A DNA stretch of 61,912 nt from a virus, in the IMG/VR virus record IMGVR_UViG_3300045988_115461. The stretch is one strand, 5' to 3'. Positions 16,348-24,836 of the stretch are shown here, piece by piece (position 1 is the stretch's first letter; each line of letters starts with the position of its first letter). The translations under genes and the position numbers were made by a program. A model generated the notes under the pieces. It was not told the DNA's origin. It worked only from the letters and a program-made list of their open reading frames with translations, and searched no databases.

Positions 16348-18855
16348 ATGAAATACATAGATTTTTTAAAAAACAAAATGGCCATTAGCCATAATACTGG
16401 ATTTGAGATAAAAACGGACGAATTGACACCGTCGCTCTATCCTCATGTGAAAGATACCGTTCGTTGGGCGGTAGCCGGTGGTTGCAGAGCTATATTCTCC
16501 AGCTTCGGTATGCAAAAGACAGTCACCCAGCTGGAAATACTCCGGGTAATCCTGAACGATAAAGGAGGCAAGGGGTTGATCGTTTGCCCCAAGCGTGTGG
16601 TAGTCGAGTTCCTGACACAAGCGGAACAACACTTGCACATGAAAGTAACCTATGTACGAACAATGGCTGATGTGATGATATGTCCGACCGATATCATGGT
16701 GACTAACTACGAACGTGTTCGCGACGGTGAAGAAGGGGTTAGGATAGATCCAGCGTATTTTACTGTCACTTCACTGGATGAAGCAAGTGTGCTTCGAGGA
16801 TTCGGGACCAAGACCTATCAAGAGTTCCTTCCCTTGTTCTCGGATGTGCCTTATCGGTTTGTCGCCACGGCCACACCTTCACCTAACAGATACAAAGAAC
16901 TGATACACTATGCCGGCTATCTTGGTGTGATGGACACAGGGCAGGCTCTTACGCGATTCTTTCAGCGTGACAGTACGAAAGCGAATAACTTGACACTTTA
17001 TCCGCATAAGGAAAAGGAGTTTTGGTTGTGGGTATCCACATGGGCTTTGTTCTTAACTAAACCATCTGACTTGGGCTATCCGGATACTGGTTATGAGTTG
17101 CCGGAACTCCGTGTGCATGAAGAGATCGTGAGTGTGGACAATTCTACGGCTGGTACCGACCGTGACGGACAAGTGAAGATGTTCCGTGAGGCTGCTCTAG
17201 GATTGGCAGATGCGGCAAAAGAACGCAGGGACAATATGGAAGAGAAGATTGCCCGTGTGGTGGAAATCATCAACCGCCCAGAAAACAAGGACGACCATTT
17301 TCTTTTGTGGCATGATTTAGAATCTGAACGAATAGCCTTATGTAATGCGATTCCAAGCTGTAAGGCCGTATATGGTTCGCAGGATGATGAAGAAGCCGAC
17401 AAGGTGATAGCCGACTTCAAGGACGGTAGGCTGAAATATTTGGCAGCAAAACCGGAGATGCTTGGTGAAGGTCTTAACTTTCAGTATCACTGTCATAAAG
17501 CAATCATGTTCATTGACTACCGTTTCAACGATAAGTTCCAAGCGATAGCCCGTATATATCGCTTTATGCAGCAGCATCCCGTTGATCTCTATCTGGTCTA
17601 TGCCGAAAGCGAGGGTGAAATATTTAAGAGCTTCATGCAGAAATGGGCGCAACACCGGGAAATGGTTTCCAAAATGACCGACATTGTCCGTGAAAACGGT
17701 CTGTTCGGTTTACAGGCCGAGGAAAAGATGATGCGTTGGATGTTTGCCAGTCGGGAAGAGAAATCCGGCAAACTGTGGAAGGCAATCAATAACGACAATG
17801 TCCTTGAATGCCAAAAGATGGGAAGTGACTCTGTGGACCTGATTGTAACCAGCATCCCGTTCTCCAACCACTATGAATATACGCCTACCTATAACGATTT
17901 CGGGCATAATGAGAGTAATGATAAGTTCTTTACACAGATGGATTACCTTACACCGGAGTTAATGCGTATCTTAAAACCGGGTCGGTTAGCCTGTATTCAT
18001 GTGAAAGACCGTGTATTGTTCGGCAACGCCACGGGTGACGGTATGCCAACTATTGATCCATTCAGTGAAATGACAGTATTTCATTACATGAAGCATGGCT
18101 TTCGTTATATGGGCCGTATCACGGTAGACACGGATGTAGTGAGGGAAAATAATCAGACCTATCGTTTGGGCTATACCGAGATGTGCAAGGATGGCTCCAA
18201 GATGGGAATCGGATGCCCTGAATATGTATTGCTTTTTCGCAAGTTGCCTACCGATACCTCCCGTGCTTATGCAGACCAGCCTGTCACGAAGGACAAGAGC
18301 GAATACTCGCTGGCCCGTTGGCAGATCGATGCCCATGCAAGTTGGAAATCCTCCGGCAATTCATTGTTGTCATACGAAGATATGAAAGGTGCCGGAATAG
18401 ATAAGATTCGGCATTTGTTCCGTAACTACGAACGTGAGCATATCTATAACTATGAGGAACATGTGTCGTTCGCAGAAGAGTTAGAGGCATACGGGAAATT
18501 ACCCAAAACATTTATGGCCGTTGATCCTGTAAGTAAAAAAGATTGGATATGGGATGATGTCGTCCGGATGCGTACGCTCAATACGAGGCAGTCACAAAAG
18601 AAGAGACAGAATCATATTTGCCCTCTTCAGTTAGATATCGTTGAAAGGCTGATTGAACGGTATTCAAACAAGGGGGAATTGATATTTGACCCGTTCGGAG
18701 GTATCGGTACCGTTCCTTATTGCGCTGTCAAGTTGGGACGTAAGGGCTTGTCTACCGAATTGAATTATGATTATTGGAAAGACGGACTTACTTATCTACG
18801 GGAAATTGAGATGGAGGTAAGTGCGCCGACATTGTTTGACTTAATAGCGATGTAA
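16348..18855 (+). CDS. SNF2-like helicase fused to an N6A/N4C-type DNA methyltransferase
   Basis: The N-half has SLDEASVLR (DEAx), ATATPSPN and a helicase-C-like region. The C-half has motif IV-like VTSIPFSNHY and motif I DPFGGIGT (beta-class order). Confidence 0.75.
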   Translation: MKYIDFLKNKMAISHNTGFEIKTDELTPSLYPHVKDTVRWAVAGGCRAIFSSFGMQKTVTQLEILRVILNDKGGKGLIVCPKRVVVEFLTQAEQHLHMKVTYVRTMADVMICPTDIMVTNYERVRDGEEGVRIDPAYFTVTSLDEASVLRGFGTKTYQEFLPLFSDVPYRFVATATPSPNRYKELIHYAGYLGVMDTGQALTRFFQRDSTKANNLTLYPHKEKEFWLWVSTWALFLTKPSDLGYPDTGYELPELRVHEEIVSVDNSTAGTDRDGQVKMFREAALGLADAAKERRDNMEEKIARVVEIINRPENKDDHFLLWHDLESERIALCNAIPSCKAVYGSQDDEEADKVIADFKDGRLKYLAAKPEMLGEGLNFQYHCHKAIMFIDYRFNDKFQAIARIYRFMQQHPVDLYLVYAESEGEIFKSFMQKWAQHREMVSKMTDIVRENGLFGLQAEEKMMRWMFASREEKSGKLWKAINNDNVLECQKMGSDSVDLIVTSIPFSNHYEYTPTYNDFGHNESNDKFFTQMDYLTPELMRILKPGRLACIHVKDRVLFGNATGDGMPTIDPFSEMTVFHYMKHGFRYMGRITVDTDVVRENNQTYRLGYTEMCKDGSKMGIGCPEYVLLFRKLPTDTSRAYADQPVTKDKSEYSLARWQIDAHASWKSSGNSLLSYEDMKGAGIDKIRHLFRNYEREHIYNYEEHVSFAEELEAYGKLPKTFMAVDPVSKKDWIWDDVVRMRTLNTRQSQKKRQNHICPLQLDIVERLIERYSNKGELIFDPFGGIGTVPYCAVKLGRKGLSTELNYDYWKDGLTYLREIEMEVSAPTLFDLIAM

Positions 18856-18857
18856 TC

Positions 18858-19007
18858 ATGAGAAATAAAGAACTAATAGCTCTATTACAAGAGCAAGACC
18901 CGGAAGCGGAGGTAATGATACGCACGTCCGATGGAGAGTATGAGTACGATCCGGTGGACGTGACGTATGACGAAGAGATAGAATGTATAATTATTCAGGA
19001 GGGGTAA
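18858..19007 (+). CDS. Small acidic protein (49 aa)
   Basis: ATG 18858 lies 2 nt after the methyltransferase stop; below the track cutoff. Confidence 0.35.
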   Translation: MRNKELIALLQEQDPEAEVMIRTSDGEYEYDPVDVTYDEEIECIIIQEG

Positions 19008-19046
19008 ATATGGATAATAAGAAATATTTTAACAACGAATTATAAT

Positions 19047-19679
19047 ATGAATCAAATTTGCACGAATAAAGAACAATCATCACGCCTGTTAGAGGCCGGG
19101 GTGAGACCGGATACGGCGGACATGGTAATCCTATATATTGACGATGAATGCAATGTAGCAGGATGGAAAGATATTCGGAAGGACGATAAAGGTCAGCTTT
19201 ACTATGATGTATATGGGGAGACATATATATTGAGAAAAGAAATACTCCCAGTAGATAATCCATATTACGATCATTCTTATCAAAATGATTGCCCCGCTTG
19301 GTCCCTATCCGCTTTAATAGACATGATGCCTCCAGCTATTGATAGATTAGGTACGCTTTATTTATGCGCAGGATTAAACGCTAAAACATATAATGCCGAT
19401 AATAAGGTGAAGGCTCATCAATACAGCATTGAATACGGGATAAACCGTGCATCACATAGATATGATGATCCGATTGAAGCATTGATAGAGACTATAGAAT
19501 GGCTTATCAAGGAAGGGCACCTTAACAATAAATACCTAGCGGTTAAATGCGGCGATTGCCGACTTATCGAGGATGAAGACGCTAACGGGGAAGCTTGGTG
19601 TTCATTGCACCAAAAGCCGGTAAGGTGCGATAGTAGAGCTTGTGAGGATATTTTAGAGAAAGGAGGATCAAATGATTAA
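19047..19679 (+). CDS. Hypothetical protein (210 aa)
   Basis: ORF only. Confidence 0.55.
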   Translation: MNQICTNKEQSSRLLEAGVRPDTADMVILYIDDECNVAGWKDIRKDDKGQLYYDVYGETYILRKEILPVDNPYYDHSYQNDCPAWSLSALIDMMPPAIDRLGTLYLCAGLNAKTYNADNKVKAHQYSIEYGINRASHRYDDPIEALIETIEWLIKEGHLNNKYLAVKCGDCRLIEDEDANGEAWCSLHQKPVRCDSRACEDILEKGGSND

Positions 19680-19784
19680 GGCAATACTACCCGCAGTCAT
19701 TATGCTTTCAGTAATATTCATATAACAAGGGGTTTGAAGCAGGATGCGAATATGTGATAGGTTTAATTAAAAAAGAAAATAAAT

Positions 19785-20369
19785 ATGAGCAAGATTGATT
19801 TCAACGCACTCCGTGACCGTGCGTACAAATGCGCATGCGAGCACGGGTTTCATGACACGGAGTTGAGCAATGGACATCTTCTGATGCTAGTGATAACAGA
19901 GCTTTCTGAGGCCGTGGAAGCGGACAGGAAAGGTCTATACGCAAGAAGGAAGGTTTTTGAGGATTGGATAATCTTAATGGATGATCCTAAAACAAAAGAT
20001 GAAGAATTTATATATGCCTTCAAAAGCAATATTAAAGATACCGTTGAAGATGAGCTTAGTGATGCCTGCATCCGCTTGCTGGATCTCGCAGGATCGTTAG
20101 ATATCAGCCTTGAAGATATCTACGATTTCATAAAAGAGCCGGAATATAAAGACTGGGATGATGCTTTAAAGGAAATGTCTTTTACTGAGAGGATGTTCTT
20201 TTTAACATCTATCCTAACCAACGATGGGGATATAGCGGAAGTAATCAAGGCTTCGATCGTAGTTATATTTCTTAACGCAGATTTACTGTATATAGATCTC
20301 CTATGGCACATCGAGCAGAAAATGAAATACAACGAATTAAGGGAGAATAAACATGGAAAGAAATATTGA
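19785..20369 (+). CDS. MazG-like nucleotide pyrophosphohydrolase (putative)
   Basis: ITELSEAVEADRKG and EDELSDACIRLLDL resemble the ExxE/ExxD metal-binding helices of all-alpha NTP-PPases. Confidence 0.45.
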   Translation: MSKIDFNALRDRAYKCACEHGFHDTELSNGHLLMLVITELSEAVEADRKGLYARRKVFEDWIILMDDPKTKDEEFIYAFKSNIKDTVEDELSDACIRLLDLAGSLDISLEDIYDFIKEPEYKDWDDALKEMSFTERMFFLTSILTNDGDIAEVIKASIVVIFLNADLLYIDLLWHIEQKMKYNELRENKHGKKY

Positions 20370-20739
20370 TATGGGACAGACAGTAGAAGAAGCAGCAAAA
20401 TTATTTTCCAATAGATGTAGGATCGCTAATTGTCAATCATCATTAGACTATCCTTATGATGATATAGATATGATAAATGCTTTCAAAGCCGGTGCCGAAT
20501 GGCAGGCAAAGCAATCCCCGTGGATAAAAGCTAAAGATCAATTACCTAACGTAGATGAAGATGATATATCAGAACAGAGCGAACCTGTATTAGTCATAGT
20601 TTCCGCTAAAGGGCATTACGAACCGGAAATATTGGTTTATAATAAACATTATCATGTATGGGATACGGCAGACGGAGATGATTACAGTTGCAATATCTCT
20701 GATGATGATTTGTGGATGTCAATACCGGAGTTTAATTAA
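20353..20739 (+). CDS. DUF551-like protein
   Basis: SPWIKAKDQLPN resembles the DUF551 signature. An alternative start lies at 20371. Confidence 0.45.
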   Translation: MERNIDMGQTVEEAAKLFSNRCRIANCQSSLDYPYDDIDMINAFKAGAEWQAKQSPWIKAKDQLPNVDEDDISEQSEPVLVIVSAKGHYEPEILVYNKHYHVWDTADGDDYSCNISDDDLWMSIPEFN

Positions 20740-20759
20740 CAACTATAAATAAAGGAATC

Positions 20760-21002
20760 ATGGATAAACAAGAGCTAATAAAAGAAATAATACGTCTTGA
20801 ATCGGAAATCAATAAAAAAGAAGAAGAACTTGCTGCAATTTGTGAAAAAGAAATTCAGCCTTTGATTTCTGCAAAAAAGTACCAAGACGCTAAGAGATAT
20901 GTGTTTGATTTCTACCGAGATTGTGTAGATGAAAGAGGCAATAGCATATCAATCGAGAAAGATGTGATTGTCGCTAAATTGAATAGTTTAATCAGTAATT
21001 AA
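20760..21002 (+). CDS. Hypothetical protein (80 aa)
   Basis: ORF only. Confidence 0.45.
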   Translation: MDKQELIKEIIRLESEINKKEEELAAICEKEIQPLISAKKYQDAKRYVFDFYRDCVDERGNSISIEKDVIVAKLNSLISN

Positions 21003-21006
21003 TAAA

Positions 21007-21219
21007 ATGTGCATACTCATTTACGATTGGGATGTGGAAATACAATCCTCAAAACAACTAGAGGATCATTTCCCGCAAATCACGAAAATGATCCCAGCGG
21101 AAGGGTATGACAATATCATACCAGAATCTTGCCTGTGCCAAGTGGACATAGAGAATACTCTTGATAGTGCCGGAATAAAGTATATTGAAGATTGCGGGGA
21201 CTATATAATCATTAAATAA
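21007..21219 (+). CDS. Hypothetical protein (70 aa)
   Basis: ORF only. Confidence 0.4.
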   Translation: MCILIYDWDVEIQSSKQLEDHFPQITKMIPAEGYDNIIPESCLCQVDIENTLDSAGIKYIEDCGDYIIIK

Positions 21220-21428
21220 TAAATAAATTGAAATCATGAGATTAAGACAAGCCAAGAAGATAATGAAAAACTTCCGGTTATATCCCGGGATGTTATGGAT
21301 ATACAGAACCGAAAGGTTCTGTGAACTTTGCATAAACACAAGAGGCAACGCCCCGAACCACCAGTAACGTCACCTCTCCACACGATTATTTAGTGCAAAT
21401 ATACTATTTACTTTAAAATAATCGTGCC

Positions 21429-21845
21429 ATGTTTTCAGAAATTGCGGAAATAAAATCCATCAGAGAGCAGAAATCAAAGTTATCGGAGAGGGAAAAAGAG
21501 CTAACAGAACCTATATTGACTGATCTTGACATGATAGGAACGTTATATAGGTGGTTCCAAGAAATTATTTCTCAAAAGGAGACGTTTAGGGTAGGGAATG
21601 TTACTCAGCGAAAGAAATTTATCTTTATCATCCTTTTTTTGTATTCTCCAAGCGCTCTTGCCGGTGGAAAGATGAAAAACGGCCTTAGAAATAAATTAGC
21701 GGAGGTCTTAGGCGTTAGTGCGCAAACAGCCATATCCGATAACCGGAATAATTTGGTTTTCTCATATCAGTTGTATAAGTATTTCCGGCAGGATGTGGAT
21801 TGGATATATGGGGAGATACTGGAGATATTAAAGGCCGGAGTTTAG
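21429..21845 (+). CDS. Hypothetical protein, possible C-terminal DNA-binding helix
   Basis: ORF; LRNKLAEVLGVSAQTAISDNRNN is HTH-like. Confidence 0.5.
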   Translation: MFSEIAEIKSIREQKSKLSEREKELTEPILTDLDMIGTLYRWFQEIISQKETFRVGNVTQRKKFIFIILFLYSPSALAGGKMKNGLRNKLAEVLGVSAQTAISDNRNNLVFSYQLYKYFRQDVDWIYGEILEILKAGV

Positions 21846-22300
21846 TGCTCCGGCTTAATTTTATAGAATAAGTTTACATCTATATCGAGATTTTTATATA
21901 ATGTTTCTACTCCTTCTTTCAACAGATTATCACACATTTGCTTTAATATAAATTCCGTAGGAAACAATATTTCTTTAGATGATACTTCGTCAAAATGGTG
22001 ATACATGGTATTGTCATTGCCAACATAAACTTTAGGAAAGTTGTTTCCTTTGAATTGGTCAGATGTAATATCTACATCAAAGCCATCGCAATACACCCAT
22101 GTATGAGGATAGTTTCTATAGAATGGAGTTTTTTGCCTTATTTCAACAAAGTGAGATTTTTTGCATAATATATCGTAAATCCATATAGAACTCAGTGCGC
22201 AAAAACCATTAGGGAAAGATGTGAAGTATCCACGTTTTTGACATTGCTCGACTTCTTTTCTGATGTTCCATGCAATATTGTATATAGTTTCTTTCTTCAT
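21842..22300 (-). CDS. Hypothetical 152-aa protein, possible papain-like Cys-His-Asp fold
   Basis: Minus-strand gene inside a plus-strand region. It has ordered GFCALSS, YPHTWVY and FDVDITSDQ motifs. The function call is speculative. Confidence 0.5.
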   Translation of the reverse strand: MKKETIYNIAWNIRKEVEQCQKRGYFTSFPNGFCALSSIWIYDILCKKSHFVEIRQKTPFYRNYPHTWVYCDGFDVDITSDQFKGNNFPKVYVGNDNTMYHHFDEVSSKEILFPTEFILKQMCDNLLKEGVETLYKNLDIDVNLFYKIKPEH

Positions 22301-22306
22301 ATTTTT

Positions 22307-22606
22307 TTATTTATAGTACTCTTTCCCTCGTATATTCTTATGTTCCGGTATATGTGGTTCTCTGTCAAAATGTATTTTACCTCCGCAGTGGGGGCAGGTG
22401 ATCGTGTTGGCATCATCTTTTATATCCATATCATCAAAAAAGAAGTCGCCAACCTTGCATCCAATAACATCTGCTATTTTCTGTAATGTTCCTACTGTTG
22501 GATTTCTACTAAGGTTTTGGGCAAGTGTAACCCTTGTTATACCCATTTTTTTTGCAACTGCTTCCATTGTGAAGCCTTTCTGCTTGATTATTGTCTTTAC
22601 TTCCAT
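22307..22606 (-). CDS. XRE-family HTH regulator with a C-terminal zinc-ribbon-like CPHCGG motif
   Basis: FTMEAVAKKMGITRVTLAQNLSRNPTVGTLQKIADVIG (HTH), then TCPHCGGKIHF. Confidence 0.75.
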   Translation of the reverse strand: MEVKTIIKQKGFTMEAVAKKMGITRVTLAQNLSRNPTVGTLQKIADVIGCKVGDFFFDDMDIKDDANTITCPHCGGKIHFDREPHIPEHKNIRGKEYYK

Positions 22607-22629
22607 AAATGTATGATTTTAATCAATTG

Positions 22630-22637
22630 CAAATATA
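22630..22637 (-). promoter_or_regulatory. -7 box (TATATTTG on the minus strand) for the XRE regulator
   Basis: caaatata lies 24 nt upstream of start 22606. Confidence 0.45.
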
Positions 22638-22712
22638 GAGTTAAAAATCGAATAAACAAATTAGATTTAGCTGTTTTGATTGAATATAGTCATTTGTATT
22701 AAAATATATTTA

Positions 22713-22811
22713 GATTATAATCATACTTGTGTTAAGCTTGTTAATATATGATAATAATCATACGAATAATGCGTTTGTTTCTTGTTTGTATGATTATAAT
22801 CATTATGTTTG
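22713..22811. promoter_or_regulatory. Three operator-like palindromes ATGATTATAATCAT plus a rightward -7 box TATGTTTG
   Basis: A perfect 14-bp palindrome lies at 22790..22803, with imperfect copies at 22713..22725 and 22747..22762. The -7 box lies at 22804..22811. Confidence 0.6.
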
Positions 22812-22854
22812 CATCATCAGAAACGAAGTAATAACAAATAAAACATATACGATC

Positions 22855-23109
22855 ATGGCAACAAAAAAAATTGATGAGAAGAAAACATTGAAGTATGCAG
22901 TAGCATTCTACTTCTGTACATCAGGTAAGATAAACTTCATGTTAGGCAATAAAATGTATCAGCACATAAACACTGTTTATGACCAAAGAGAAGATGGCAG
23001 AGGCTTCAATACCTGTGAAGTTGTTTATAACTACAAGGTTCAAAAGTATGAGGTTCTGAATGTAGATTCAGAAATAGGTAACAAAGAGATTACGATATTA
23101 AATGTTTAA
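22855..23109 (+). CDS. Hypothetical protein (84 aa)
   Basis: ATG 22855 (MATKKIDEKK) is preceded by acgatcatg. Confidence 0.5.
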   Translation: MATKKIDEKKTLKYAVAFYFCTSGKINFMLGNKMYQHINTVYDQREDGRGFNTCEVVYNYKVQKYEVLNVDSEIGNKEITILNV

Positions 23110-23145
23110 CCGACGGGGCGAAAGCCCTGCGTAACATAGAAGATT

Positions 23146-23292
23146 ATGACAAAAGAAGAAGTTTATAAATTGGCAACAGTTGAGAACCCAATTATTAACG
23201 ATAACGGCAATAGAATAGAGTTTGCCAATGGTGATATGTATGCAAAGCAATCAATCACTAATTTGTATCGTAAAGTAAAAGTTTATTTTTAA
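23146..23292 (+). CDS. Small hypothetical protein (48 aa)
   Basis: ATG 23146 to TAA 23292; below the track cutoff. Confidence 0.35.
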   Translation: MTKEEVYKLATVENPIINDNGNRIEFANGDMYAKQSITNLYRKVKVYF

Positions 23293-23328
23293 TTCGGTAG
23301 CCTTTGGGCTACCACAATACACACGATT

Positions 23329-23595
23329 ATGAGACGATCCCATAAAGCAGATTTTGAAAATATGGTTAATGCAAAACAGTTAAAAGTCTATGATAGCCTT
23401 TCAGATGTAATGCCTAATACAGATAACGAGCTTGTAAAAGGACAGGTAGTTGATGTTGTTAATGGCTATGGCTGTATAGTTGGTCCGTTCGAGATATTAG
23501 GATTCTGTGATCCTTGTGCATCTGGTAGATGTGTTTACTTAGATTGGGATTGCTATTGGTTCGCTAAGAGACCTATTGATATAATAGTAAAGTAA
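23329..23595 (+). CDS. Hypothetical protein (88 aa)
   Basis: ORF with the CACGATTATG start motif. Confidence 0.5.
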   Translation: MRRSHKADFENMVNAKQLKVYDSLSDVMPNTDNELVKGQVVDVVNGYGCIVGPFEILGFCDPCASGRCVYLDWDCYWFAKRPIDIIVK

Positions 23596-23799
23596 ATGAT
23601 TATGAAAGCAGATTTAGTTTTAGTTATCAGCCCTAAAGCCCCATTGATGAAGCAACTGGGCAAAGTATTGGGTAAGTTATGTTCTATGTGCGACTTTTCT
23701 ACCATAGAAAGAGGCGAGAAGTATGTCACGATACAGCATGATGAAACCGGTCTTGTAGTGGCTTATACGAGTGAAGAAAGATTGAATGTGAAACTTTAA
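23596..23799 (+). CDS. Hypothetical protein (67 aa)
   Basis: ORF directly abutting the upstream stop. Confidence 0.45.
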   Translation: MIMKADLVLVISPKAPLMKQLGKVLGKLCSMCDFSTIERGEKYVTIQHDETGLVVAYTSEERLNVKL

Positions 23800-23811
23800 A
23801 TATAGATTATT

Positions 23812-24162
23812 ATGGGTGAAATAGCAGATAGTTTAATAAGTGGTAAATTTGATTGCATCACAGGTGAATATTTAGGTGAGGCGGTTGGTTATCCCAGAAC
23901 ACATGCTTATGGTAGGCGTGAATATATGCCATCTGTTGAAAAGAAACCTACCAGCAAGGCAAATGTCTGTATTTCAAATATGTGCAAGAACAGAGGCTTT
24001 GACAATTGCGAAAAGGTTGAATTAGTTGCCAAATTCTTGTATAGTAAAGGTTACAAACAATTGCCTAATCTATCTCATCAGTATAAAATCATTCATAGCC
24101 AGTACAAGAATGATTTTAAAAAGTTTTTGGTTGAACAAGTAAAGCAAAGAAAGGATGAATAA
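23812..24162 (+). CDS. Hypothetical protein (116 aa)
   Basis: ORF only. Confidence 0.5.
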   Translation: MGEIADSLISGKFDCITGEYLGEAVGYPRTHAYGRREYMPSVEKKPTSKANVCISNMCKNRGFDNCEKVELVAKFLYSKGYKQLPNLSHQYKIIHSQYKNDFKKFLVEQVKQRKDE

Positions 24163-24442
24163 TATATTTACTATTTGTCATTCAGAAGAGGAAGCCAACG
24201 AAGTGGGGCACTTCATAATGGGGAAAGGTTACGAGGGTGTTCAAAATGATAGTTATAGATATTGCCGTGAAGCGATTTGGTGGGCTTTCAAAGAAGCTAA
24301 AAGACACCATTTATATTGTATCTATATTGGTGTTATAGGTTGCAAAATGGTTGTGTCCAGAACCAAGCGAGGTCTTAGACGAAATGGTCTTAAATACATA
24401 GAGAAAAGGCGAATGTTTTACAAATTATTAAGTAAGTATTGA
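24155..24442 (+). CDS. Hypothetical protein (95 aa)
   Basis: ORF overlapping the upstream gene by 8 nt. Confidence 0.45.
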   Translation: MNNIFTICHSEEEANEVGHFIMGKGYEGVQNDSYRYCREAIWWAFKEAKRHHLYCIYIGVIGCKMVVSRTKRGLRRNGLKYIEKRRMFYKLLSKY

Positions 24443-24452
24443 TAAATAGCTT

Positions 24453-24659
24453 ATGAACTCAATTTACGTAAACGGTTGCAGCGTATGTCAACCCGGTAAA
24501 GAGAATTACACTACCTACACAACAAAGTTGAGAGGTAAGAGAGTGAGAATGTGCCAGTACGATTACCGTACTGAAAGTGGTGAACTGTTTTCTTGTTGTG
24601 CGCCTACTTTAGAGGCGTGCAGAGAGAAAAGGGATAAATGGCTTAGTTTACGACAATAA
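24453..24659 (+). CDS. Small Cys-rich protein (68 aa)
   Basis: CSVCQPG...CQYD...CCAPTLEAC. Confidence 0.45.
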   Translation: MNSIYVNGCSVCQPGKENYTTYTTKLRGKRVRMCQYDYRTESGELFSCCAPTLEACREKRDKWLSLRQ

Positions 24660-24695
24660 ATCGATTGTCATAAATAACGATTGAAGATGTTTCTG

Positions 24696-24703
24696 TATCT
24701 TTG
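24696..24703 (+). promoter_or_regulatory. -7 box TATCTTTG upstream of the tRNA
   Basis: TAnnTTTG match 28 nt upstream of tRNA position 1. Confidence 0.4.
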
Positions 24704-24730
24704 GTTATGGTTGTACCTTAGTGGTATGAT

Positions 24731-24803
24731 CGCGGGTTAGAGCAGTGGTCAGCTCGTCACTTCGACTTGGTGAAGGTCAACGGTTCGATTCCGTTACCCG
24801 CAA
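24731..24803 (+). tRNA. tRNA with an initiator-type scaffold and a non-CAU anticodon loop (UCGACUU; nominal anticodon GAC)
   Basis: A 73-nt cloverleaf folds by hand: acceptor cgcgggt/acccgca with a C1xA72 mismatch, D-arm gagc-agtggtca-gctc, anticodon arm tcact-tcgactt-ggtga, variable loop aggtc, T-arm aacgg-ttcgatt-ccgtt. No CCA is encoded. Confidence 0.75.
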
Positions 24804-24836
24804 CTACTTAGTTATTAATTGAAAAATGACACGATT

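Noticed and set aside
23295-23319. The hairpin ggtagcc-tttg-ggctacc followed by ACAA, and similar hairpin+ACAA cases, as further members of the tRNA-like family.
   Set aside because: It is only a simple stem-loop without the shared 5' hairpin or internal arms, and ACAA is expected often in A-rich intergenic DNA.
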